Origin: Felis catus
Lineage: Eukaryota
Assembly (NCBI RefSeq): GCF_018350175.1
Contig: NC_058368.1
Location: forward strand, 171,308,001-171,372,000
Length of the DNA: 64,000 nucleotides
Reading direction: 5' to 3'
The position numbers and the translations under genes were made by a program. This document shows positions 12,991-25,139 of this stretch, piece by piece; the stretch's first letter is position 1; each line of letters starts with the position of its first letter. The notes under the pieces are model-generated. The model ran no database searches, was not told where the DNA came from, and saw nothing but the letters and a program-made list of their open reading frames with translations.

Positions 12991-15769
12991 CCTGTTTACA
13001 GGGGATGAAGCCAGATTGGAAATCAGTATCTCTTTTTGAAAATGTTTTAGGGAGATGATAGTGTTTGAGAATCACTTTCACGGTAAGGGAATTGAGAGGA
13101 AAACACTGCCTAAGACAAAGGCTGAAAACAGACAGGGCAAAAGATACAGAATGAAAAGACAGAACATTGCCTGGAGAAATGGTGTTACTTAAGAAGTTTG
13201 CATTCAGTTCATGAAGGGGAGTAATCTGGGTCAGCCTGGGTGAAGTCCTTAGAATTCAAAGATAAGGTCTTGGTTCTGACATCTGGTGAAGGGCCCTCTC
13301 AGAGATTAAGATAAAAGCCAGACTTACTGGGGAAAAACTTGGAAACCACTTTTAAATAAAACAAAGGAAATTCTTTTCTATGACATCACACTAATTCTGC
13401 CAAATCCCAGTTTGCCAGCGCTTGTCACAATGTTTACAATTAAGAATTTGAATACATAAAAGTCCTTGGTTCCACTGCAGTTCAGAAAGGCTGCCAAGAA
13501 TCTGGGATAGCTTCTTCAAGGGAGAAGGGAAAAAAAACACAGAAACATTAAATTGATGGTGACAAAGACTCACAGCTCAACCCAGATAATAGAGACTAGT
13601 TGGTTAAAGAAATTTCATTAAATGGGTCAGTCCAGGCCTATTTGATAGCCAGTCATTAATTGCTTTTTTTTTTCCTTTGCTTAATTGTAAAAGTTTATTC
13701 CCGAGTTTAGTTTTATTTGATTCCCTTAGGGTCTACATTAATTTTTCAATCTTAACATCAAAACACAGATTTCACATCACTTTTATCAAGGTTAAAAGAA
13801 GTGCCTGATCAAGGATGAGACTTCCTTTGATTATCTTTTGGTTAAATCTTACTAAAAAAAAAATGCTTGAGCAAAAAAGTATCTGATGAACAGAAAATCT
13901 AATATTCTCTGTTCAGTTTTTTCTGGGGAAGCAGGAGGTAGAAACTAGAAATCCTGAAATTGCCAAAATTAAAATAGTCTGATTAGGTTTCTTCTCAACT
14001 TAATATTAGGAACAATTTATTATTATGCCAAGACTTGCCAGCCCTGAAAACAAATATGTTTCCTTTAGGGAAAGCAGCTAAGGCGATTAGAACAATATGC
14101 CAATTGTTGCAGTTTAGAAATATCATTGGAATATTCTTTCCATTTCAACAGATTAAAAAAAATTTTTTTAACCAACATTGCTTAGGAAACAGCAACCAAA
14201 CGGTGTGAATAATTAAATGGGTGGGTACCCCATGGGTGGGTACTGTTCTCTCTATTATCTTATATTCTCTCAACAGACAACCATGATACAAAAGCAAGAA
14301 ATTTTGAAAACTGAGCTACATGAATAATTTAGAGTAAAATGACATTAAATATACACAAAATTAATCTGGCATATTTCACGATAAATCATTGTTAGTGTTC
14401 TTTTATATTATTGGTGATTATGCATAATTGACAATTAGTTTATGTATTGTAACTAGTTATTTACCCATTTTTTTTTCTCTTCCTTAGATCTCAATGCCTG
14501 CTGTCAGTGTTGCTTGACAGTTTCCTCCATTCCATGGTAGATTTTAATTTTTATCACTTTACTCCTTTCATGGAAGTTAACACAAGATTCTACACTTGGC
14601 ACCTCAAATTGAGGCCCAAAGCTCTACTCTGAGGACCCCTGTGCCCCTCAGGGCTTCGCCCACTCTATAGCGCCACAGCTGGCCTTCAAATGCCATTGTA
14701 ACTACTCTCCATTCAGGCCTCTAAGAAGTTCTGACATCTGAAGAGTCAAGAGAATGAAAATGTCCAAGAGTTGGTGATATGGCAAGCACATGCTGGAAGC
14801 AGTATACAGTGAGGGAGTGAGGGAGCTGGCCAGTCCACCTGACTGGATGAAAAAGGGAAGAAAAAGATGCCAGGGAGGGAGCAGATGTGAGTTTAAAAGA
14901 CTGCACCAAGATGCCTTCAAAGAAAACACAAAGCTACTCTGGTTATTTTTCCTTCTTATCTAATTTCTTCCTGACATTTGGCCTTAATAGTACCAGATGA
15001 CTTAAAAAGAAGGGATAGTTTATCTCCACATTATGTGACCAGACATCTTTTTAATCTTATGCACTGCCTAGCACCTGGACCTAGCATAATACCTGAGATG
15101 CTGTAGGAAATCAATGAATAATTGACTTACATTATTTTTTATCTTTTTTAAAGTAACTTCTCACTATTGGATACATATTGTTCATGAGAACCAGGCCATT
15201 GGGTCAGTTAACCAATTACCCATAGATTGCTAAATCGTTAACCTAGAAACAGTCCAGACATCAAGGGCATAGCAGAAAGAACATGTGCCTAAGTCCAGTT
15301 CTGGGTTGTTCATCCAGGGTTCTAGGTATACTACAGGTAGAAATCTGTTTTATGTCTCAAATCTACATTTTGTCCCAAGTAATTGTGTGAATTTGACCCT
15401 ACTAGTGGCTAGCTGCTTGATCTCAGATACTATACCACCTTGGTTTTCTCATCTTTAAGAGGGGTGTATTCATTTTGCTAAATTTTGTTAAGTGGGTCCT
15501 GACTGCAAAACATCAGGCTAGACACTTCTATAGAGGAGAAACATGACAGTGTGATGTTCCCTGTTGTCCTCAGGGGCTGAGACCTTCCAAATGGGAAGGT
15601 ATCTATCCTTGTCTAAACATTCACAAGAAACAGTATTTAGGAACATCTCTTAATAAACAATGTTAACCAAAAAAGTAATTCTTCACTTCCACTTTCTTTT
15701 CCTTATATTCCTTTTGGGGTTTAGTAAGGACACCGATAAAATGCCTTACATTCCCTAGAGTTAGAAAGC

Positions 15770-16000
15770 TTTTTATTTCTAATCTAAATCCTTCCTGCTA
15801 TAGCTTAAATCCATTTCCTCTTATTCCATTCTCATGGAAGACAGAGAAAAACCATTCATCCTCCTCTATATAATAGTCCTTCATGTATTAAAGATTTCAG
15901 CCTTCATTTCTCCAGGTTACATAATGCCAATTCCTTTCATTTTACTCATATATCTTATTTTCCTAAGCTCTTAAATTAATTCCACTGCACTCCCCTTGGA
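15770..16000 (-). mobile_element. CR1/L3 3' fragment
   Basis: tctaatctaaatccttcctgctatagcttaaatccatttcctctt...ttctccaggtta is typical antisense L3. Confidence 0.75.
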
Positions 16001-16619
16001 CTGTATGGATAATGAAATAGTCGTGCAGCCCCTTTCAGACTCTAATTGGGTAATAAAGCTTCAGGGAGGCAAGTATTTTTAAATCTTAAACCAGAATCTC
16101 ACATGATCTTGGATTTAAAACATTTTTGGAGAGCAGGAGGAGGCTGGAAAGCACATGTAACATTGGCACAGAAAGCATGGGAAGAAGTGGGAAAGTACCA
16201 TTTGGATGTTATTATTTTATAAAAGAGGAAAGTAAGGCGTGTGTCACAGCAAATAAGGAAAAGATGCAAGATTAAAGTTACAATTAAAATAACCAGCTGC
16301 CGATTCCTGGTTTTCTACCAAATTGCTGTCAAGTGACTATTATATCTGATCATTGTAATCTAGGCTGAAGTTAAAAAAAAAATGCATTATCACAGTTAAA
16401 TTGGGCAGTGGGGATTCACTATACACAGTGTTGATATCATTTTTCTGGAAAGTCTTCCAGTTATCTACTCTTACCTTTTCCAACTAAGTTCTGTGAAAGA
16501 GTCCCTCATTAATATATTCTACCAGGATAAATAAATAAAACCACTGAGATTAATTTATTAGACCTCATATAATATCTAAATCAATTAGTATGTATATGAA
16601 AAATAATTTGCCTTAATTT

Positions 16620-17030
16620 TGTAATTGATGGATAGCATAAACAAAATGTGGTATATCTATACAATGGAATATTATTCAGTGATAAAAAGGAATGAAATGC
16701 TAACACATGCCACATATTATAAATAAATCTTGAAAACGTTATGTTAAGTGAAAGAATCTAGACACAAAAAGCCACATATTGCAGGATTCCATTTGTATGA
16801 AATGTTCAAAACAGGGACAGGAGACAGATTAATGGTTGCCAGGGGCTTTGGGGAAGAGGGGTGGAGAGTAACTGCCTAATGGGGACAGCGTTTCCTTTTG
16901 AGGTGATGAAAAAGTACTGGAAGGACATGGTGGTATAGTTGCACAACATTATGAATGCGGTTAATGCCACTGAATCATATGCTTCAAAATAGGAAATTTT
17001 ATGTCATATTTATTTTGCCACAATAAAAAA
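16620..17030 (+). mobile_element. L1MB-type 3' end
   Basis: aaaatgtggtatatctatacaatggaatattattcag...gggcttgggg-like 3'UTR, ending tttgccacaataaaaaa. Confidence 0.9.
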
Positions 17031-17579
17031 ATTATTTGTAGTCTCAGAAACTGTATGTATAAACACAAAATTAGGCAGAGATAGAGGTGGGACCCAAGAG
17101 GACCCTCTTGCAAGTTGGCAATCAGCCGGTTGAATATTTACTGAGAGCCTAGTGAGAGTCAAGTACTGGGGTGGGCACTGAGACATAGCAGCAACAGAGA
17201 CAGATGTGGCCTCTGTCCTGGTATGAAACTTCATGAAGCATCCATTCTTCCATTTCTTCTCTTCTGCCAAAGATACATTTATTCTTAAAGGAAAAATAAG
17301 AGTCAAAGTAGTGATTGGACTCTATTGATCCAAATCTATATGTGAAAATAAACAACCCAAAATGAAGCATATAGCTGCTTAAATACATAAAACAGGTCCA
17401 TCTTGAGTCCAAAAATAAGGATTGGCAAATTTACACTTAAATTTATGTTTAACCTTACCAGATACCATGAAAAGAAGAAGGCATAGTGTATACTGTATCT
17501 GCATATGATTGCACAGATAGAAATCCTTTTGACCTTATATACCATTTTTTATAAAGAATAAAACACATGAGACAGTTTG

Positions 17580-17939
17580 GATTACTGTTCAATAAATACT
17601 CCTTCCACACTTTCCCACCCCTCCAGGGGTGCAATATATTTCCCTGCCCCAGTGATTTGGGGCTTGGCCATATGATTGACTTTGGCCAATGGAACCTTAG
17701 AGGATGATGGGCATAGAGACCTTATGTGTGTTTGTACAGTTAAGTTTGGTATTTGTGTTTCCACTTTCTGCCACAAGAATATGTCCTGAGCAGACACTGG
17801 TCCAAGGATGGTGAAAGACACATAGAGCAGTCTGAAGAAGAGTTTCCTAGTTGTTCTAGACTAAACCAAACTGTTGTTGTCAGTCATGAAATTTTGAAGC
17901 ACTTATGCAGTGTTATTGTGGTAATAGCTGATTAATACA
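17580..17939 (+). mobile_element. MaLR LTR (MLT1I/J-like)
   Basis: gggcttggccatatgattgactttggccaatgg motif; ends gctgattaataca. Confidence 0.8.
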
Positions 17940-18659
17940 ACAGATACATTGAAATAAACTCACCCAGAATTCTCTCACAACGTGACTTTTAAAAATACTT
18001 AGCAAGTTAACCATCAATAATGAATTAGTTTTTTCTTTCCATATTTTCTTATTCAGTTATACATTTAGTATTAAAAACTGTCAACTGTATAAGATGGAAA
18101 TTTAAACTATGTAATCTAACTTTTATCTGTTAGTATAACTGGTAAGATTTGCAAGGATGTATTACTGGGATGTTAAAAAATATAGAAACTACACTTGCTG
18201 TATATATGCTGATATAATCAGGTTCCAGTAAACATCTTGATGAAAGTGAATTAATCACTAATTTGACATTTTCTTTTGGCAAATTAGCACGATTAGGTTT
18301 CACATTAAATGAAAATGTGTTTGCACTTAAGTACTCCATCAAAGCAAAACCTCTGATGGCATGAGTAAGGTGTATAATTCAATTAATCTCCTCACTACAT
18401 TCTTCCATTTCAGACATTTCTATCCTAGTTTTCATGTTTTCAGTCCCCAGAGAGGGCTCATAAAGCAATGTCACCTTTTGGTAAAATTTTCCTTATGAAA
18501 TATTCAAGAAGTTTATAGGGAAAGCATCTGGCATATTCAGAAAAACCTTGATGTTATTCTTTTACCTATGCTCCTCCACTGGTCTAGGTGGAAATTTGAA
18601 AATTGAGAAAACCATACAGTAAATATTAAAAAGATGTTCATAAAAACACTGCGTCTCTT

Positions 18660-18879
18660 TTTTTAAATTTTTTTTTCAACATTTATTTATTTTTGGGACA
18701 GAGAGAGACAGAGCATGAACGGGGGAGGGGCAGAGAGAGAGGGAGACACAGAATCGGAAGCAGGCTCCAGGCTCTGAGCCATCAGCCCAGAGCCCGATGC
18801 GGGGCTCGAACTCACGGACCGCGAGATCGTGACCTGGCTGAAGTCGGACGCTTAACCGACTGCGCCACCCAGGCGCCCC
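18660..18879 (-). mobile_element. Young felid CanSINE (SINEC_Fc-like)
   Basis: CpG-rich and nearly undecayed; 17-bp TSD aaaacactgcgtctctt / aaaacattgcgtctctt. Confidence 0.97.
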
Positions 18880-19108
18880 AAAACATTGCGTCTCTTAACA
18901 AACTAATTGTTTTAATTTTTCATAGCGGATAAGGTTTTTTCCTACTAAAATGCTACTTTATCAGATAAGCATTTTTTACAAACTCTGTTGGAACATCATG
19001 TGAAGGTAATTTTCCTCTCCCTGGATACTCTCTGTCATTCACAGAAGTTCACTGGAATAGGAAAATATGCAAAATAACACACCAAGAAGAAGAAAATGAA
19101 ACAATGCT

Positions 19109-19305
19109 CTTTTTTTAAGTTTATTTATTTTTGAGAGGGAGAGAGAAAGAGTGCACATGGGGAAGGGGCAGAGAAAGAGGGAAAGAGAATCCCAAGCAGG
19201 CTCTGCACCGCCAGCATGGAGCCCGATGCAGGGCTCAAACTCACTAACCGTGAGATCATGACCTGAGCTGAAGTTGGACACACTGACTGAGTCACACAGG
19301 CATCC
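19109..19305 (-). mobile_element. CanSINE
   Basis: Antisense SINEC body. Confidence 0.95.
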
Positions 19306-19326
19306 TGAAATAAAACACTTAAAAAA

Positions 19327-19537
19327 TTGTTTTTAATGTTTATTTATTTTTGAGAGAGAGAGAAACAGACAGAGTGCGAGCGGGGGAGGGGCAGAGAGAG
19401 CAGGAAACAGAAACTGAAGCAGGCTCCAGGCTCTAAGCTGTCAACACAGAGCCCAGTGGGGCTCGAACCCATGAACCCTGTGATCATGACCTGAGCCAAA
19501 GTCCCACGCTTAACCGACTCAGCCACCCAGGCGCCCC
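19327..19537 (-). mobile_element. CanSINE
   Basis: Antisense SINEC body, in tandem with the previous copy. Confidence 0.95.
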
Positions 19538-19570
19538 AGAACAACACACTTTAAGAAGCATAAACAATCA

Positions 19571-19801
19571 TGGGCTCCCCGGGGTGGGGGTGGAGCGGTC
19601 TATCAGTTAAGCCACTGACTTTGGCTGAAGCCATGATCTCACCCTGCCTGGGCTCAAGCCTGGTGTCAGGCTCTGTGCTGACAGCTCAAAGCCTGGAGCC
19701 TGCTTCGGATTCTGTGTCTCCCTCTCTCTCTGCCCCTCCCCTGCTTGCACTACGCCTCTCAAAACTAAATAATACGTTAAAAAAATTTTTTTAATTAAAA
19801 A
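19571..19801 (+). mobile_element. CanSINE with an altered G-rich 5' end
   Basis: SINEC body and tail; flanking gaagcataa repeats. Confidence 0.92.
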
Positions 19802-20385
19802 TGAAGCATAAGGAATTAAAGTTTTTTTTAAAAAAAAGAAAAACAAAAAACTATTCATCTTTGTGATAGAAAAAATATTTGAAGATAGATAAGTAATAGA
19901 AAGAGGCAAGGAGATACAGCATCTACTTCCTTGAGGTGGCTGAGAGTTAAACATGACTGTGAAAAGAGCCAAAACACACCCCTAAATAGCCACAAAAGGA
20001 AGTGTACCAGGAACTGTATTTATTCATTCATTCAATAAACATCAATCATAGGCTATGTACTTGACTAAATTTAAATAAATCAAGGAAGTGGAGATTATAG
20101 GTTGTAGGAACTCTGAGAAACTAGTGTACCGACTAGAGTAGAAACACAGCAAGGAATTCTGCTCTGGGATGGGGGTGGGGGGGCAGGGGGAACACTCCAG
20201 AGGCAGGTCTCCAGAACAAATTCATTGTATGTGTCCTTGACTACATTAGAGCCCTGGAAACCTCCTCCTGTATATTCATGCACTGTAAAGCAGTAGGCGT
20301 TGTGATCAGAAAGAGAACTGAAAGCAAGAGAAGAAAGTATTTGGAGAGGCCTATCAGTTTCACTGTTGTAAAAACTGACAGATGA

Positions 20386-20610
20386 GGGGCGCCTGGGTGA
20401 CGCAGTTGGTTAAGCGTCCGACTTCAGCCAGGTCACGATCTCATGGTCCATGAGTTCGAGCCCCGCGTCCGGCTCTGGGCTGATGGCTCAGAGCCTGGAG
20501 CCTGTTTCCGATTCTGTGTCTCCCTCTCTCTCTGCCCCTCCCCTGTTCATGCTCTGTCTCTCTCTGTCCCAAAAATAAAATAAACGTTGAAAAAAAAAAT
20601 TAAAAAAAAA
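20386..20610 (+). mobile_element. Young felid CanSINE (SINEC_Fc-like)
   Basis: Full length; perfect TSD aaaaactgacagatga. Confidence 0.97.
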
Positions 20611-20743
20611 CTGACAGATGAAATGTTGTGCTGTGTAAATTCAGAAATGCAGTAGACTCCTACTAAACACATTAAAAAAAACCTAAACATTTTTAATGAA
20701 TTACTAATATTTGTAAGAACAAGTAAATTTCAAGTCTAAATTA

Positions 20744-20942
20744 TTTTAATCTTTATTTATTTTTGAGAGACAGAGACAGGGTGTGAGTGGGGGAGGGGCA
20801 GAGAGAGGGGGAAACACAGAATCTGAAAAAGGCTCCAGGCTCTGAGCTGTCGGCCCTGATGCAGGGCTTGAACCCATAAACCGCGAGATCATGACCTGAG
20901 CCAAAGTCAGACGCTTAACCAACTGAGCCACCCAGGCTCCCC
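20744..20942 (-). mobile_element. CanSINE
   Basis: Perfect TSD caagtctaaattattt. Confidence 0.96.
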
Positions 20943-21003
20943 AAGTCTAAATTATTTGAAATGTTTAAATAAATTCCAAACCATTTTTAAAGTTTTTAAT
21001 TTC

Positions 21004-22083
21004 TGTAGTGGACAGAACTCTGAGATAGCCTCCTGAGATTCCCAGCATCTGGTGTGCACACGTCTTCTCCAGTTATGCAAACGAACAGTAATCCAGGTGC
21101 TGCTGTGAAGGGATTTTGCAGAAGTAATTAAGGTCCCCACACAGCAGACCTTAAATTAGGGAAATTACATGGGTGGGCAGGACCTCAACACATTAACCCT
21201 TTAAAGTAGAGTTTTCTCCTATTTGTCGCAGAAGAGGAAGTTAGAGATTCAATGAGAGAAAAATTCCCCATTGCTGGCTCTATTCATTTCTGATTGCCTC
21301 TGTAGCACATCATGACAGATTTGGTGGCTTACAGCAGTGAAAATTTATTCCTCCATGTCCTGGAGGTCAGAAATCCAAATTGAGTCTTTAAGAGGTTAAC
21401 ATTAAAGTGTCAGCAGGTCAGTTCCCCCTGGAAGCTCCAAGGAAGAATTTGTGCCTTGGTCTTCCAGCTTCTAGAAACAGAAGCATTTCTTGGTTCCAGG
21501 CTATATTACTCCAATCTCTGCTCCTGTATTTTCATTGCCTTCTCTCCTATTAGGACCTTTGTGATGCCATCAGGCCCATCCAGATAATCCAGCATAATCC
21601 CCTATCTCAAGATCCTTAGTTTAATCTCATCTGCAAAGTCCTTTTTGCTGCATAAGGTAACATATTCATAGGTTTCAGGGATTGGGACAAAGGGATCTTT
21701 TGGGGTAGGGCATTATTCACCCTGCCACACTGGCTTTGAAGTTGAAATGAGTGACATGGTAAGGAATGTGGGTGGCCTGTAGGAGCTAAAAGCAACCCCA
21801 GGTGACAGTCAGCAAGGAAAAGAGGACCTCAGTCCTACCACTGCAAGCACTTGGATTTTGCCAACAAGAATGCATTTAGAAACAGATCTTTTTCCAGAAT
21901 GTCCAGATGAGAACTCATTCAAGCCAATCAATAGCTTCATTTCAGCTGTGTGATATTTTGAGCAGAAAACCCAGGCATGCCATGCCAGACTTCTAACCTA
22001 CAAAATGGTAAACTACTATACAGGCATTGTTTTAAGCCACTAAATTTGCGGTCATTTGTTACACAGCAAAGAAGACTAATACA
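21004..22083 (+). mobile_element. MaLR LTR (MLT1E-like), split by a nested LTR
   Basis: Starts tgtagtggacagaactctgaga and ends gttttaagccactaaatttgcggtcatttgttacacagc...actaataca. Confidence 0.85.
21279..21729 (-). mobile_element. MaLR LTR (MLT1D-like) nested in the MLT1E-like LTR
   Basis: Antisense MLT1 ending cattattcaccctgccaca; 5-bp TSD ctggc on both sides. Confidence 0.88.
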
Positions 22084-22390
22084 GTCTCAAAATATTTTAA
22101 TCTCCAAGTGTTTTTAAAATATTTAAAATTAGTTGTAGTATTCACAATGCTATGCACTAAAAGGTATTGAACACCGTCTTTTAAGTCATTAAAAACCTGA
22201 GCAGCATGGATATGTGCAGGTATCAATATCACCTAGCTATTTGTGTTCTTTATTAACATCAGCATAATTACTTTAGTCAGCACATACTCTAGTAACATAT
22301 AAAGGAAAGCCTTTGAAACCATAACACTCAGTTACATACTAATTAGGAGCAGGAGACACAAGCAAGGACTTGGGAGGAGATAACACCATG

Positions 22391-22802
22391 CAACATCTAC
22401 TCTTTCATTTCAATGAAATTTAAACCCAACCACAGGAGAACGTTGAGAACTGAAATCCATCTCCATAATCTTGATCAGAGTACAGTTTTTGTTGTTTTTT
22501 TTTTTTTTTGCAAGAGAAAATATAAATCCCTTAAATAGATAGGGAAAATACCAAATCTATTAAAATAAATAAAACAAGCCTATATAGATATAAAAATCTC
22601 ATCTATAGAACCAGGGTACTACCACAATTTATACCAAAGACTCCAACATATCTACCTTCCATATACAATGAAATTTGGACCCAAACACAGGAGAAATTTG
22701 AGAACTTAAATCCATCTCCATAATCTTCATCAGAGTGCGGTTTTTATTATTTTTTTAAGAGAAAAGATAACATCCCTTAAGTAGAAAGGAAAAATAACCA
22801 AT
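22391..22802 (+). repeat. Diverged direct duplication, ~160-bp units offset by 255 bp
   Basis: caatgaaattt..ccc..cacaggagaa..ttgagaact.aaatccatctccataatctt.atcagagt...aagagaaaa.ataa..tcccttaa occurs at 22411 and 22666. Confidence 0.9.
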
Positions 22803-23015
22803 GGCCAGATTGAACCATGGAGAAAAACAAAAAAAGCACCTGCTTGAGTCATATTTGCATATCCAAGTACAAACAATGAGGCAGGGTTGAAGAAAGTAAC
22901 ATGCACTGTGCCATCTTTACTTTATGTGAAGCTAACTGGGATAATCCATTGTTATGATCTTTAATACAAACAGAAGGCAGTCCTCTTTTCTCATATACTA
23001 CCCCCAATCCCCCCA

Positions 23016-23016
<1 letters not shown>

Positions 23017-23069
<53 letters not shown>

Positions 23070-23208
23070 ACACACACTCACACACACACACACAGCAAGA
23101 CATATCTTAAGGCAGCTGATTAATCAGATCTGGAAAATGTTTAGAAACAACACCTATACCAGGCTACAGACTGCCCTCTATCCAAGTACACACATCTCTG
23201 TAACCCCT

Positions 23209-23253
<45 letters not shown>
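23017..23253. repeat. Two (CA)n microsatellites (23017-23094 interrupted; 23210-23253)
   Basis: Directly visible. Confidence 0.98.
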
Positions 23254-23255
<2 letters not shown>

Positions 23256-23859
23256 CACAGACATAAAAATCTTACCTTCCACGTAAGTGTTAAAGGATCA
23301 ATTTAAACAATGCTTATGTAAACATGATGGGTTTCCCACCCACTCTCTGACAAATAGCAGATCAAGTACTGATCCTATACACTGATCCTGTACATTTATG
23401 ATCCTATCCCCAATCATCAGGCATCAAGAAGGCCTATTCACAGAGACTGAGACCTATCTTCCCCAAGGCCTTCTACCTAGATTATCAGTGATGTAGAGGG
23501 GTTTGCACATAAAGTTAACAGCAAGCTCACCCAGAATCCTAACTCCATAAGGTTCAAGGTAGAGCCTCTCTTGTCAAGAGCAAACCCCAGACTGTGTCCC
23601 CAGTCAGGGAAATGCCTCCTGTAGGCTTTCTAACACTATAATATAGGGTCAGGTTGGAGTCCACTCACTGAGTCATTTCTTATTGTCTCCATCAATAGGA
23701 ACCAAGAAGGAGCCTTAAGCATTTGGGCATTCCTGCCAAAAACACAGCTTTCCTACTAATTTCTATGTTGAATCAGTCAGGATGAATCTCATTATGGCCT
23801 CTAGCCTTTTTATGTTCATCTCTATAGCCCCAGATATCTAGGTCCACCCTTATCTCCTA

Positions 23860-24812
23860 ATTTGTAATCCCCATGAGGCTCTGATAGTTCCTCATCTAAC
23901 CCCTTCTCCCACCCCTCCTGAAATCCTTTCACTAGACATTTGAAACCCCATTATTAGCACAATCCCAAACATCCTAGCCCCTTCTCTGATTCTCTCCCTA
24001 TTTTCTTACTCTAAAGGAAACCTGAAGACACTGGTCCTGCACAACCCTCTCAAACACAGGCTGGTTTTCTCACAGTCCTCATATCACTGAGTATGGGAAT
24101 GAGGTGGATATCCTCTCTGTTGCTCATTACCTTTTCATTCCCATCTACCTACACACCTCCAGCTTTATATTTCATGGCATCAGATGATATTATCTCCCGT
24201 TCTTCAATATTATTCTATAACTTCTATATCCGCATACCTTCCTCCAGGTTACTCCCCCTCATTTTTCAAACATTTTCACTTCTGGCTCACTGTCCTCCTC
24301 TCCATGACTACTCCTTTCTTAATTTTTGAAGACTGCAAGATACATGTAGATGATCCTTCAATTTTCCTAGCTTCCCAGTTCCCTTAACTCCTCTCCTCCA
24401 GTGATCTTCCACATTACTTTAGCCACCTACTCCCATGTCACATCGTAGACTTGGTCATTTTAACCTTAATCTCTCCATAGTCATAATTTCATATGTTCTA
24501 CTATTGTATAACCACCTCCTTTGGTTCTTGTCACTCCTTCTAGCACCCAAACTCCAATGATCTTTTGGCTCCACTGGGATTCCAGATCATTAGTCTTACC
24601 AACATTCTGCTGTCCCTCACCTTCTTGATATTTCTTTCCCTTCCTTAACCAGCTTTACTCTCACAATCAGTCATTATAATCCTCCTGCTATACATCCTTA
24701 AATCCCTTGTCCTTCTTCTCCATCATTATAGATCATTGGCAAATTTCTAACCCTGATGAAATTCAAACTTTTCAACCTCCACATGCCTGCACCTTCATAG
24801 CTGGATGTGGCT

Positions 24813-24858
<46 letters not shown>

Positions 24859-25130
24859 CCACTTTGACTGGTCTCACTTTGAATTGATGGACACAAACCT
24901 CAAATAATCTCCTAATGCTCTCTGGCTATTATAGTATACATCCTTAGCCTATTCATTTTCTACTCTTTTAGAAAATTATTTTACTTTTTCTAAAACTTCC
25001 ATCATCTCCTCCTGCATCCTCATTCTTGATCATGATTTTGCTTCCAACTTCACTATGAAAATTGAAGCAATCAAAAGGCAACATTCAGAGATGTCTCCTA
25101 TCTAACCAACTGACAACCTTGCATATGTCA
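23860..25130 (+). mobile_element. L2 internal fragment covering the endonuclease region; contains (CA)n at 24814-24857
   Basis: Translation LIFEDCKIHVDDPSIFLASQF resembles L2 ILGDFNIHVDDPSNTLASQF; pyrimidine-rich L2 sense composition. Confidence 0.8.
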
Positions 25131-25139
25131 CCTTTTACC

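Noticed and set aside
2450..16000. Idea that the three CR1/L3-like pieces form one fragmented element
   Set aside because: On the minus strand their order (3' end, RT, endonuclease) is the reverse of that required for a single copy.
18693..18932. ORF MGQRETEHERGRGRERGRHRIGSRLQ... and similar SINE-overlapping ORFs (2017, 19039, 19344, 20746, 30308, 40003, 43494, 56204, 57042)
   Set aside because: These are translations of CanSINE sequence.
22849..23286. His/Thr-rich and Cys/Val-rich ORFs (also 46906-47192)
   Set aside because: Artefacts of (CA)n microsatellites.
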